From: Aplysia californica
Lineage: Eukaryota
Direction: 5' to 3'
NCBI RefSeq assembly: GCF_000002075.1
Contig: NW_004797295.1
Span: 1,097,176 to 1,160,833, forward strand
DNA length: 63,658 bases
Positions 25,282-37,475 of the stretch are shown here, one piece after another (the stretch's first letter is position 1; each line of letters begins with the position of its first letter). Position numbers and translations under genes: made by a program. The notes under the pieces were generated by a model. That model had not been told where the DNA came from. It worked only from the letters and a program-made list of their open reading frames with translations, and searched no databases.

Positions 25282-27893
25282 TATTTTCAAGATGATCTTG
25301 CAAAGTAAAGTGATTTGAACCTGATGGTCTCTGCACTGCACACAAATTTGACAAAAGCTACATTTACTGCCAAATACAGAGACTTTTTGCACAATTTCTT
25401 AAACATGATTCGACATAAAAATCCTTCTCACCAAAGTCTAATTGACAAAAGCTACTGCTGTATCACCTCTACAAAAGCTGAAGTGTATCATCAATGGGGT
25501 TGTGAAAAATAAGTCAAAACCTGTGTACATAATTATCATAAAGGGACACGCAAAGATGTTTCTGGGAAGTTCATAAGCTTTACACATGTGGATCAATAAA
25601 AATGTTGATCAATGGGCAAAGCTTATTTTGAATCAGTCAGACAATTGCAAACTATCAAATTGAAAGCCAGCTCTGCAGGCTTGGCTTACTTTTCAAAATG
25701 AAGACAAACGTTAACATTTCCCTCGCAGTCAATGGAATACTAGTGATTTGAGAGACATTGATGCTTAAATGATAAAAGTGCATTCTAATTATATAATGTC
25801 GTCCTTTTCCATCTCTAGATTATATACATGATTTATTTGCATTTACTTAATCATACCCATTCTTAATTTTCAAATTTAAAAAACTCTGCACACGCAAAGG
25901 GAAGAGACTTTACCTATGCTACACATAAAAGTAAAAACATTTTCCAATGATGCAAAGTTATCATGCTCATTCCTGAATGCAACCACTGGCACCACATACA
26001 AATTTCGCTCTCATAGCTGTATCATAGCTTTTTTTTAGAACTCAAGCTCAAGCTATGAAACGATTATTTTTAAAAAATGCCCTTGTTTTAAAGAGAAAAT
26101 AAAAACCAGAAATGCAGTCTCATTTTTTTTAAAAACATTGCCCACCCGCATTTTAAAGCAACTTTCCCTCAAATAAGGTACCTTTACCATTTGTTTCAAA
26201 CAAGTTTCTATAAAGAAGTTGGAGGTCTTGATTTGTCCAAAAGTGTTCGAAATAATCAAGTCATCAATCACAAAAACAAATAACAGAAGCATCTTTTCAA
26301 CCCACTCCTTTACAGACACTACTTTACCTACCCAAATCCAGAGAGACCATTGAACCGAAAGCCTTTCAGGTGGTAAAAACACTTCTTAAAACAAAATTTT
26401 GTTTTCTTTTTGTGGCACATCAGATGAATTTTTTGTCAAGCTACTAATCAGAATACAAATCACATGAATTCAAAATAAAAGAAAGGCTAAAGAGAACATG
26501 TGAACTAAATAGGTGTAAACAATAACCATGTGACTTTATCAGCCACCTCTGAAACATGTCACAGAAGAAACATCAACATATATAGGAGTTTTATCTTAAG
26601 TTTGTTATCACTCAAAATTTACAAACAGGATGTCAATGACTTACAATTTGATCATGGCTCATTCCACAAATGAAAAGAAGGACACATACATTGCACCAAC
26701 ATTATTGCAACCTCCTCAAGTGCAGCACTGGACTTGTAAATAAATGTGCTGTTAAATTGTCACGGATACCACAAGCCAAAGGATGGAAGCAATCAATGCT
26801 CAAAACTTTATCAATCAAACCAAAGCACCCGGAGGCCTCCTCCAATCACAATCACAGACAGTGGAGAAAAAAAAAACTACAGGTATCGATCACAGAGCAA
26901 CACTGTGGCTAAACATCATTTGATTTTCAGGAGTCACAAGTATTTACAATTCACTATGCTCTTTCTTATATGAAATGCTGAAATGCAAAAATATGATTGG
27001 GCTTAGTTATGGGAGGAAAAATACTGCACCATCACTTATCACATCAGACAGAAAAAAAGCTGACTTATACTATGATCAAAAGGAGCATAAATATTAACTC
27101 CACCTGCATTGTAATGCTGAGAAAGCAATGTTATCGTGTCTTAATTAGTAAAAACAAATTTTTGTTGTTACTATCATACGACTAATATAATACACTGACA
27201 ATTTCAAGCATTATCAAATGAATAATGGCTTCAGTCTGCCAAAAAGTTTAGTTATGATAAATACAAAAGCACACTATGTATTATCATTAAAATCAAAAAC
27301 TGTTCTACACTCGCTGATGGCAAGAGTCTACAGCAATAAGGGATGGGAAAAAAAATCTGTGAGATACAGAATATGACATACAATCTAGGATACTCAGCAA
27401 AATTTGAAAGACATCATCAAACATGAAAGTAGAAAATAGCAACATCCAAAGTCCAACCTGACATTTTTACATTTCATTATATTTGTGTACAGTGAAATGA
27501 TAAAGAGAAGGTGGGAACTATATAACTATTGATCAAATTGATCTTTGTGGCAATCTAAATACTTATTTCACTCCAAACAGCTTTGAAGGTGACAATTTTC
27601 AATTTGGGAACTAGTCCAGACTCTAAATAAACCAGAAACATTGTAGTGAAAATTCAGTCTTCAAGACATTCAAAATAAAATCTAAGATTTGAAACGACAA
27701 AGATTAAGAGTACTGTGATGACAACAGTGACCACAAGGGAATCCCACAATCTAAATGAACTAGTGCCCTTTTTACATGTTATCCCTTACAAGCAACTTTC
27801 AATGGTAGAAGATCTACATTCATGAACTGTCCTCTCCATCATTACTTATACCAACACCAAACTGATGTTTATCTCAAACAGAAAAATAGGCAG

Positions 27894-29662
27894 TTATTCA
27901 ATTACTTCGATCATATTAATGATCTGGTCACGTGTCATATTTTTATGATGTGATCTTACATGACTTCTCATATTATCCATACGAGTGCCTTTCTTACCAC
28001 AAAACTTACAGGAAAACAAGCGGCTAGGTGAATGAACAGTGCGAACATGTTTTGTCAGATCTCCACGCTTAAAGAAAGCACTTCCACACAAGTCACAGGC
28101 ATGGGCCTTTTCATCCTTGTGAGTGCGCTTGTGGGCACTGCACTGAGACTGTGTGTAGAACGCCTTGCTGCAGATGTCACAACGAAATGTCAGCTTCTCT
28201 GGGTCCAGTGTGTGAAGCTGTTCATGAAGCTGCAGCGACATGGCATCTGGGAAACCTGCACGGCAGTACTCGCAGAAGTGGCAGCAGGCATGAGCCGCCA
28301 CATAGTGCAGCCGCAGCTGTTTCACAGACTTGAAGGACTTGAGGCAGTGGCTGCACTTGAGGTTGGTGGAGGAGGTCTCGTGCCGCGTCATGTGTTTACT
28401 GTACTCCATGTGCGAGTGAAACGAGAGGCAACATGGCTTGCAGGCATATGTGCAGATGGTATCTTTGTGTTGACTTTCAACATGTCGGTCAAGGGCCTCA
28501 CTCAGAGCAAACTTCTCCCCACAAACTTGACAGCCAATCAGAGGGTAGAACTGGGATGGTAGACCAAGGAAATTATCTTGCGACATCTGAAGAGACTCAG
28601 GATCCACCTCAGCTTCTCCAACCCTGGATGTAGAAGCACCAGAGTAATCATAACTTTCCTCCGACTCAGATTTTACACCTAAATTAGAGACACCTTCATG
28701 AGCTTCAATAATCACTTTGTCGTCTCCATGTTTTGGGGACTGGGGCAACTGGGGAAGCTTCATGCCAGAAGCTCCGTCAGGCACAACATGGGAAGCATAA
28801 TTAGCTTGAAGAGCTCCTGGAAAGGACTGCGAAAAATCAGCTATAGTCCCTGGGACCGATGGTGTGGAGGGAGCAGCAGAGATAGCCGGAGCAGCACTGG
28901 TAGAACTAGCAGTAGCAGTCGGAGCAGAGGGTAGTGGGAAGCTGGTCTCGGGACCATGGGAGGCCTCCATATGCAGGAGAAGCATGTTACCTGTCAATGT
29001 GCCTGACTGGCACACAGAACAGGAACGCTCAAAGGCGATGCGGTGCTTCTCCATGTGGCGGACAAGCAAATCCATGGACATGAACTTTCCACCACACAAG
29101 ACACAGGTGTGCGACTCAGGCCTAAGCTCACCTTCCTCATAATCTGCCTCAAGAGTAGCAGATGCCCCATGTTCCTCTCCAAGAAGACGAACATACTGAG
29201 ACGACAACTTCTCAGAACTAGTCCCCAGCTCCTCACCCCCGCCTTCTCTCGCACTCTTCTTCGCCTGTTCCAGTGCAGTTGTAGCTAGTAAAGCAGCCTC
29301 TGCAGCAGCATTCTGGGACTGGGCAGCCTGTCTGTACAGCTTCTCAGCTTCATCTGACGAATATTCTCTCGAGGTTTGTGCCAGTTCCCGTTGCTGTTGC
29401 GCAGCATATTCCCAGCGCAGTCTCTCAGTATCACGCTGGTACTGCTGCATCTGGTGCTGCAGGTAAGACTTCTCCATGATGCTGCGTTGGTAAGCCACCA
29501 TGGTCCACTGCTGCTGTTGACGAGCCAGCTCCTCCAGGTCCTGCTGACGGAACATGCCCATGTTGGGTTCTCGCATTTGAAACATGGCCAGCTGGGCCAC
29601 CTGTGACTCTGCCATAGTCCCAGACACATTCTCTTCCTCCTCTATGATGATGGGACCAGTTG
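27894..29662 (-). CDS. C2H2 zinc-finger protein, terminal coding exon (Q-rich region plus nine fingers)
   Basis: 577-aa ORF extended to acceptor CTCTCAG|CA at 29662. Nine CxxC-x12-Hxxx(x)H motifs (two plus seven). TAA at 27896-27894. Confidence 0.92.
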
Positions 29663-30056
29663 CTGAGAGAAAATAGGATGAATTAATATTTTTCTAATTC
29701 CTAACAATGGATGTATGCACCCCTCAACTTTTAAAACTTACCGGAGTAGCTATTTTGGTTCAGAAACAGTCAAACAGTGAACTGAAAATTTTGTTAAAGT
29801 ATAATTATGATATTAAAGCCAAACATCATCATCAAATCAACACCTTCACATTTAAACTTCCAAGACAAATCATGAGCTGATTTACCAAATTTTCAACAAT
29901 GCAATTTGAGGAATAATGTTCAAAAGCGGTTTTTCTTTTGTTTGAACTGCCATTGGTTAAAAAAAAGTATAACTATTTTTTTTATGCATTTGTCATTTTT
30001 ACAACTTTCATACAAGATCAATTCAGAGAAGTCCATGACTGGAAAGTAAATAGTTA

Positions 30057-31530
30057 TATTTTGGGGCATATATGGAGCTATTGGTATAATCTTAAAGTCT
30101 GTAAATTTTCCTTGCCTTTGATGTAAAAAAATACCCATCTATCCTGATTACAAGTACAGTAGTCTCTGCCTAAACACACGCAATACAAAAGCACGCTCCG
30201 CTCAGAGCACACTTTCGTCATCTGACAGGTTTTTTTACTATATAATTTAGACGTAAAAACGCACTGTCACTCCCTCTAAACGCACGCTCCAATCCGCAAA
30301 ACACACTGACAGGTTATATGGGGTGCCCACTACAGATGGGACCGGCCCGATCAAGCTGTAATGGGCACCCGGTTTTAAGCTTGACAAGGGGAAGTTTTCA
30401 CTACAACCTGCACAGCTTGCATAAGACAAGCCTAGAAACCGGATGTTTGGTGAGAGTGCCCCTCACGCCCAACAAAGAGAGTGATGGACAGCGTTTTCAC
30501 ATCCAACTTTCCACAGACGCATAGGTCTAGGGCTGGTCGGTGAAATGTTGGGGGCGGGGAGACTGAAATATTTTTTTATTGGTTGCTGGAAATGCATCTT
30601 TGAGAGAAGGTTTCTGACTGATGTTTGGGTGACTGCATGTAATGTTAGTTAGACCTAGGCCTGATGCGCAACACGCGTGAATGCCGTAAAACACAAGACA
30701 GGCCTCTATAGGATTGTTAAGATTAGCCAAGTAAGCCTAATCAGCGGCGCTCGAAGAACTTATAATGTACTTGTTCAATGAATCACAAAAGAAATGCTTC
30801 TCTGAATTCAGAGATCTATGATTCTGATGTCCTCACTGAATTTACGGTCGGGGTGGTCATTTGGAAAGCCACATGGCTGGACCCTCGTCTCTATGACTGT
30901 GACTATCACCAACAGTTTCCTCTAAGGCTATCTGTTCCCGACGTTTTATCATGCATATTCATTACATTGAGTCTGTCTTTCTCCCCCCCCCCCCCCCCCA
31001 TTCAACGCCTTTGTATACTTAACCCCTGTCAGGAAATCCTTCACAAAACAGTCACGTGTCGTCACATTATCGGCCCAAGGTGATCTCCACCGCCCTAGAA
31101 TATCAAGGCAGTGAAATGACTGTGTCCCTTCCTCCCTTTGCAAAGGTTCATGTGAACTCATGCTCCGTGTAAACACATGCTTAGGAGCCTTCATGAGCAC
31201 CGTGCGTTTAGATAGAGACTACTGTACACAGATATTTGTCATTACAAAACTGGGTGTTGCCTAGTGTCAGAGGTAAAATTAGTGAGAAAATGGACACCCA
31301 AGCTTGGTGACTTCCAAACCTAAACTGTAATGTCCTTGGAAACGGCAAATTTATATTTTTGGTGCCTTTGATCAACATTTTTCAGTAAAATTCAAGCAGG
31401 AATGTGTTTTTAAATAGACACAAAAAAGATGCTGAGCCAAAAACAAAACAAATGGTAAAAATTGCCAATTGGGCAGAAAATGTTGGTTTCTTCGATTTCA
31501 TTATTTTGACCAGCGCCCGATTTCCCCACA
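30057..31530. mobile_element. Degenerate copy of the 21589-21957 element, interrupted by a nested insertion
   Basis: AAAAAATACCCATCTATC upstream of the insertion, and GATATTTG...GTCCTTGGAAA...CAGTAAAATTCA...TATTTTGACCAGCGC downstream, align with the 21.6-21.9 kb copy. Confidence 0.7.
30157..31224. mobile_element. Non-autonomous Tc1/mariner-superfamily (pogo/Tigger-like) element
   Basis: 24-bp TIRs CAGTAGTCTCTGCCTAAACACACG / CGTGCGTTTAGATAGAGACTACTG, TA on both sides; no transposase ORF. Confidence 0.85.
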
Positions 31531-31628
31531 AGGCAACAATGAGTGTATTTAAAAACAGAAAGTACAAAATTTAAAAAATTAAAAAACACCCTTTATCACT
31601 AGGCTGCTTTTGTATCTCTATTACTCAC

Positions 31629-32550
31629 CAGTATGAGGAAGCAGTTGCAGTCCACCGTTATTTCCATCATCACTACTACTTGTCCCGGATGCAGTATTTT
31701 TCTCCTTGTCTCCATTCTTTATGCCTTCCTCATCTCCTTCCAAAGAGGATGTCTTCCTTCTCTTTCGGGGTGACTTTTTCCCAGCCGCGTCAGATTCTTC
31801 CTGATCATTCATTTCATTCAGCTCAGCCTTCCTCTTAAACTCATCCACCTGCCCTACTGGCAAGAAACAAATCTCTTCACTAGCTGTGTTTTCAGAATCC
31901 ACTTTTCCATGTGTGACATTCTGAGACATATCTCCCAACATTCCAGACTGACTTTGGTACATCATGGGAGCCTCAATATCCTCTTCTTCTGAATCACTTT
32001 CTCCTTCACTGGACTTGTCATAAGAATCGCTTTCTTTATATTCTACTGCCTTGTCATCTACACCTTCTATATACTTGTTTTTCTGCATGTCTAGAAAATT
32101 ATCAGTCTTGGCTACAGTTCCAATATCCTCGGTCTGACTAGCAAATTTATCAGGCTCTTTCTGTGTAGCATTCTCAAAATTCATCATTGCTTCAGTATCA
32201 AGACTTGAAGAACTTTGATGGGAGGAGGCGCTTTGAAAAAATTCTTCCTCTTTCTTCACTACATACCGATCCTGGTACGGCAGTTCTTCCTCTAACTTCA
32301 CACCTGAGCTATTTTCCTCCTCTTTGAATTTCTGGTGGTGCTCTTCCCTATCATCTGCTCTCTGAGCTACCTCATTCAGTTTGATAATGAAATTCTCATC
32401 TTTATTCACCACCAGAGACAAATTTCCTTCCAGACTAACTGAAATGATGCGAGTGCCTTGAGCTGTCTCATAAAGCTCAAGAACAGCATCATAAAATGAA
32501 CGCCTCAGATACTTTTCCATCACTAACTTGCTATACTGGTATTTAGACAT
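31629..32550 (-). CDS. C2H2 zinc-finger protein, first coding exon (N-terminal domain, acidic linker, NLS-like KKSPRKRRK)
   Basis: AAAATG start at 32550 after an in-frame stop. Exon acceptor CCACAG at 32663; donor G|GTGAGT at 31628. Phase 1 matches the 29662 acceptor. Total CDS 2691 nt, 896 aa. Confidence 0.85.
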
Positions 32551-33109
32551 TTTTGCTATTCTTTTATGTCTCAAATATTTAAGTCATCATAAACTATAAG
32601 AAGTCAGGTTATCCATATTCAGTGCCATGTTCTGTTCAGCTGAACAAAGAACTCAGCATACTTCTGTGGAAGATAAAAAATCAAAAGATGGAGAGGTTAA
32701 GGTGTGCAAAGTTGGGCAATTATGACAGAAAATGCATTGTATTATGCACAGCTTTAAAAAAATATGTAGAGAGTCAAACCTGTCCATACAGTCACTTCCC
32801 CCTTGGGTTTTTTTTATAAATGGAACTGTTGAAGACAACAATCTGTTGAATGCAGCCATGGCTGCTATATTTTTGTCATCCAACACCCTAAAAAAATATG
32901 TCCAATATGAATTGGCCACGCTAATCTCTCATCATCCAACACAGTGTCATAAATTTTATCGGCCCCTGATGCTGTGAACAAGCCTTTAAAATCCATTCAT
33001 CTGTCTTGATTGTTAGCCCTTCCTATAACTGAACTGCTCATTGACTAGCACTGGGTTACTGGTTCCTCCCACTGTTTACCTAAGTGGACCAGTTGGTAAC
33101 AAAATTTTC

Positions 33110-33507
33110 TTCTTTTTTTAAAAAATAATTTTAATAGTAGAGGGTTTTACGGCGCTCGCAACTGCATGAGCGCCAAAGGGTGGGTGTCAACAGAGAAGTC
33201 TTTATAGGGAATCAGACTTAGACTGCTCACCTCTCTAGCTTCAACAGCACAAGGTCTGCTTCGACTATAAAGGCACCCCAAAATAGCAGGTCACAAGAGA
33301 GTGACAAACATACAAAAGAAGTAGAGGAAAATAACAATAGTAAGGATCAGGAAAGGAAAAGCAGCAGTTCCCCGTTGTAGATCAGGCACAGTTATTAGCG
33401 TGACATGAGTCAGCCCATATACAATTCTACGCTTGAACGAGAAATGACCCCCCCCCCCCTTTTGGGAATGGCCTAAAGACACTACAGTCAGTGGCACTGC
33501 CCCGGGG
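33110..33507 (-). mobile_element. Headless SINE-like retroposon, copy B
   Basis: Homology to copy A; imperfect TSD GGTAACAAAATTTTC / GGTGACAAATTTTC. Confidence 0.85.
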
Positions 33508-34186
33508 GGTGACAAATTTTCAGCTTCTGATGAGAGCAAATGAACCTTCATAAATCCAACAGTCTCTACCACAATTAATCCATCCTTTGGCTACACACAA
33601 AAGGTAACGGATGTCATACATGCACTTGCTACAGAACTGTCACTTGATTACCAAGTAGTGGCAAATCATATATTTGTTTGTTTTTGCATTGCATTGATTT
33701 AGTAGTCTTCTTCGTCTGACACATTTCAGTTTGTTTTACCCTTGCACACAGTCTTCCTCATCTGATTTTACAATCACAGCAGCCATGAAACCCCTCTTTC
33801 TGCCTCCTTTCAAAAGAAAGAAAACTTTTAATGGGCTTTACGGTAGTCCCAAGATTGAGACAGCCTCTGGCAGGGACCTAAGCAGGGAAAGGTTTGTTTT
33901 CTACATTTTCATCTGTTCTGCCCAAGATGTGCACCTATCTAAGATAACCGCTCTTCTCCTTGGCAATGGACTGCCATCTTAGGCAATATACATATTTCAA
34001 CTGTAATTCAACAGCAATCAATACAACTTATTAAGAACCATGTCCGCTTGAATTCCCAAAATTCATCAGGAAACCCTGACACCCTCCCTTCCACCCGTCA
34101 TCTTGCCTTATATTTCAATTTTGTATCTTCCAAAGATCAATCTTTTAGATTCTAGAACTCTAGAGAACTAAAAAATTACGAAGTGA

Positions 34187-34942
34187 CTATTCGGATTCGA
34201 GTCCAATTTAGACAAACATTATATTCAGACTCTGAATTGAGTCCAGCATGACGCCATTGACGTCTGTTCCAACTTGCGACCGTTGTTCCTAAATATTTCA
34301 ATCATTTATGAAATTTTTTTTAAAATAATGATAACAATCAAGACGTGAGCTTTAATATCCAGTTACTAGATCTATCTAGCTGGTCCTCCCGGCATCATTA
34401 GTATGAACAGAACAACCAAGTTGAGTTGACCTTGCCAGGGGCAAAGTTAATTATGTCGACCAATGAGAATGTGCACAGCGATCTCGCACTCTCAGCTTGC
34501 TGGGGGAAGAGGAATTGGGGAGAGGCCACCGCTGTCGATTTTGTGCGATGAGATATTTTAAATTAATTACAGAGAAACTATAACACACAGCAAAATGAAA
34601 TTAAACATGTGGAAAGACAGATGGTGGAAATAATTATCTGTTGGCTAGAGGTGATGGAAAGACCCTGAGTTGTCGGTTACCATGTAGCCTACTTAGACAC
34701 TGCCATTGGGCAATGAGAGTGCAGTCTTTTGGCACAATTACACAGTCCTAGTAGGTAATTCTAGTTCTAATTCTGGTTTTACGTAAAATTCCCAGACGGT
34801 AGTTATATAATACATCATGTAGCCCTAACCTCTTTACACTTATGTAACTCACTTAGAAACAGAGTCCCAATAAATAAAACATTTTTTTCGGACCCGAGTC
34901 TGAATAGATAAAAAAAAATTAAGCGGACTCGAGTCCGAATAG
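34187..34942. mobile_element. MITE-like element with two pairs of inverted repeats
   Basis: CTATTCGGATTCGAGTCC / GGACTCGAGTCCGAATAG and TATTCAGACTC / GAGTCTGAATA. Confidence 0.6.
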
Positions 34943-34986
34943 AGCTAGCCAAAAAATTATTGAAAATTATTGAAATTCATCTCCCC

Positions 34987-35104
34987 NNNNNNNNNNNNNN
35001 NNNNNNNNNNNNNNNNNNNNNNNNNNNNNNNNNNNNNNNNNNNNNNNNNNNNNNNNNNNNNNNNNNNNNNNNNNNNNNNNNNNNNNNNNNNNNNNNNNNN
35101 NNNN
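34987..35104. other. Assembly gap
   Basis: N run. Other gaps at 58001-58167, 58202-58301, 59812-59911, 61322-61478 and 62091-62190. Confidence 0.99.
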
Positions 35105-35197
35105 TTAATCCGATTTAAATTTTAAAAATCTTGATTTAAATCAAAAAATCGATTTTTTAAATTTTTATTTAAAAAATATAAAAAATCACCAACCCTG
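35105..35197. mobile_element. Probable hAT-type transposon end
   Basis: GATTT/AAATC subterminal repeats ending in CAACCCTG (CAGGGTTG on minus). Confidence 0.5.
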
Positions 35198-35887
35198 CAG
35201 CTGAGCCACTACACTGCATGCTATCATTATCACTTGTTTCGCTGTGCTAATGTACTAATTGTTAAGTTTATCGCGTTTTAGGCTTTGTTTGTATTTGTTT
35301 GGTCGCTTATCATTTTTGAATGGCTCATTCTATCAGATTTAAGAAAATATGGTTTTATGAGCCGAAATGGTCATTTTTCAGAAGAAAAACTTAAATTTTC
35401 CATCGAAAAAGGTCAACGTATGCCTTTTAGGGCCTGCGCACTTCGCGGTCGAAGTAGGTCAGCATAGGGCCTGCGCGCTTCCGTGGTAGCCTGGCTCACG
35501 CCCTTTATATTATAGGGCCTGTGCGCTTTCCAGGGTATAAAAGTCCTTATTCTCCATCTCAAATTGGTGGTGTTGAGAAGTCCCTCCTTTGTATGCAAAT
35601 CAAAGCAAATTTAAATTACTCTGTAAAATTTCAACAATGAACGATCTTTCGTTAAAAACAATTGAAAAATAAAATTCATTTCATACAATGAATCAATCAT
35701 TAAGTTACTCTTTTTGAGAGTGTCAGTGATAACTTCCATCATGCAGGCAGAGACCGAGCAATGTAAACTAGATTCTAGGTCTCTGATGCAGGGCACAGTC
35801 GAAGCCTGTGACAAATTGGCATGCTTCCTTCAAAACAAAACCATATAATATCTTTTATAGTATTATAGCCTATATTATATTTTTGTT

Positions 35888-36138
35888 GGCGCTTTTTCGG
35901 TAGTTCCCAATACACGTATTGTTATTTGCCGGTTTTGGCCCCAAGAGTAGGGGGGTTTCAGGGGAGCTTGCCCCCCCTGACCTAACAAAAATGCCCCCCT
36001 GAATTTTACCACAATTTAATGTTTTGCAGTTGTTAGGTTTGATATCTTAGCTTGCCGCAAATCAAACTTACAGAGATCTAGATGCAGATATCTAGGTCAG
36101 GCTCAAATAAGGGGGATGGGAACTACCGAAAAAGCACC
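35888..36138. mobile_element. Small MITE-like inverted-repeat element
   Basis: GGCGCTTTTTCGGTAGTTCCCA (35888-35909) / TGGGAACTACCGAAAAAGCACC (36117-36138). Confidence 0.65.
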
Positions 36139-36213
36139 TTTTTGTTTGCATCATGTAGATATAGATCTAGATCTAGATTTGTAGGCAAAAATCTAAACTT
36201 TTAATAAAAGGAT

Positions 36214-37016
36214 GTGGCTATCCTCACCCGGGGTGAGAGAATAAAAATACGATCTACTTCTCACCCCAGGTGAGACTTGCCAGGGTTGGCTATTCTCAGC
36301 CAGTGTGAAACAAGACCTGTTTTTCCTCATTTCGGCTGTCTATCAGTGTGGATGATCAAATTGATAAAAGCCAAGAAAAAATTACGTTTTAGCACAAAAA
36401 AGTAAGCTGATTTGACTGTCTACAAAGATGCTATGGCTATTTCACTTTTCTAATTAAGCCGAACTACACGGGTCGCCATTTTGTTTTGCCCGAAAGTTCT
36501 CGCAAGATCTACTCCTCTCCCTTTTCTCTCTCTCTCTGTCTCTCTCTGAATACCGTGTATCGGTGTGGATGATCAAATTGACCAAAACAAAGTTGAAAAA
36601 TGACGTTAAAACAAAAAAGTACATTAATTTGGTAGTCTACAAGAAAGATCATGCTACGGCTATTTAACTTTTCAAATCGAGCCGAACTACGCGGGTCGCC
36701 ATTTTGTTTTGCCCGGAAGTTCTCGCGCTACTCCTTTCTCTCTTTCTCTCTCTCTCCACTGCCCACAGACAAAATTGCACGCTTTAAGGACAGTAAAAGT
36801 AAGTAGTAATTTTAAGTAGGCTAATGGAACGTTTGTTCACGGCAAAGAATTCTACAATTCTGTTTAAATCAAAGAGCAGAACTCTGTGGCTCAGGGTGAA
36901 CGTTACACTGGTTGGCCTAGGCTATTTATACGGTGAGCGTACACTGGGTGAGAATAGTCAAAAGACTTGCCTACGCTATTCTCACCCGGGGGCCTGGGTG
37001 AGAATAGAGGTGGCCC
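36214..37016. mobile_element. DNA-transposon remnant with CTATTCTCACCC subterminal repeats and an internal ~205-bp tandem duplication
   Basis: CTA(T)TCTCACCC / GGGTGAGAATAG motifs in both orientations at both ends; 36338-36547 is duplicated at 36555-36757. Confidence 0.6.
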
Positions 37017-37347
37017 ATACAATCAATCAAGGCCAGTTAAGCCTTCAATTGTTAATGAGGATAACAATGCATTGTTAGATCATAACAGAAATGACAGGCA
37101 CACAAGGAGAATGAATGTTAATGAAAAAAAGGAAGTAGCAGTAGGAGAAACGTATTCCCAACTGATTCTGAGTTTACACTGCTCTTTCCAAACTAGATCT
37201 GTCTTGGCCTCAGCCTCAGTGTCGGAAACTCACCGCCACCACACGCTTTAAAAAGGATGTAAAGAAGAAAGATATTGAAAACATTTTAATCACAACAGAT
37301 CTAGTGTACAATCCAACCCCCATTTTAATAAAACAAGGTAATCATAC

Positions 37348-37475
37348 CTTCTAACTAAACTCTCACTCATTCCTGGAACCTTCTGAACTCCACAGACACC
37401 AAAAAGGAAGGCACTTTCCGATGCCTGCCATCTTGAATCTATTTTCATTGCTGATTGATCTCCCTTGCGGAAGCG
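37348..37475 (-). promoter_or_regulatory. Putative promoter and non-coding first exon of the zinc-finger gene
   Basis: ETS-like CTTCCG, YY1-like CAAGATGGC and donor AAG|GTATGA at 37347 on the minus strand; short uORF. Confidence 0.5.

Noticed and set aside
33525-33550. CTGATGAG next to retroposon copy B, as a possible hammerhead ribozyme core
   Set aside because: No GAAA core or supporting helices, and absent from other copies. An HDV-like fold at the element's 5' end also lacked a P1 partner strand.
33740-34000. Possible extra non-coding exon of the zinc-finger gene (minus strand)
   Set aside because: Splice-like ends exist but are weak and cannot be supported without transcripts.
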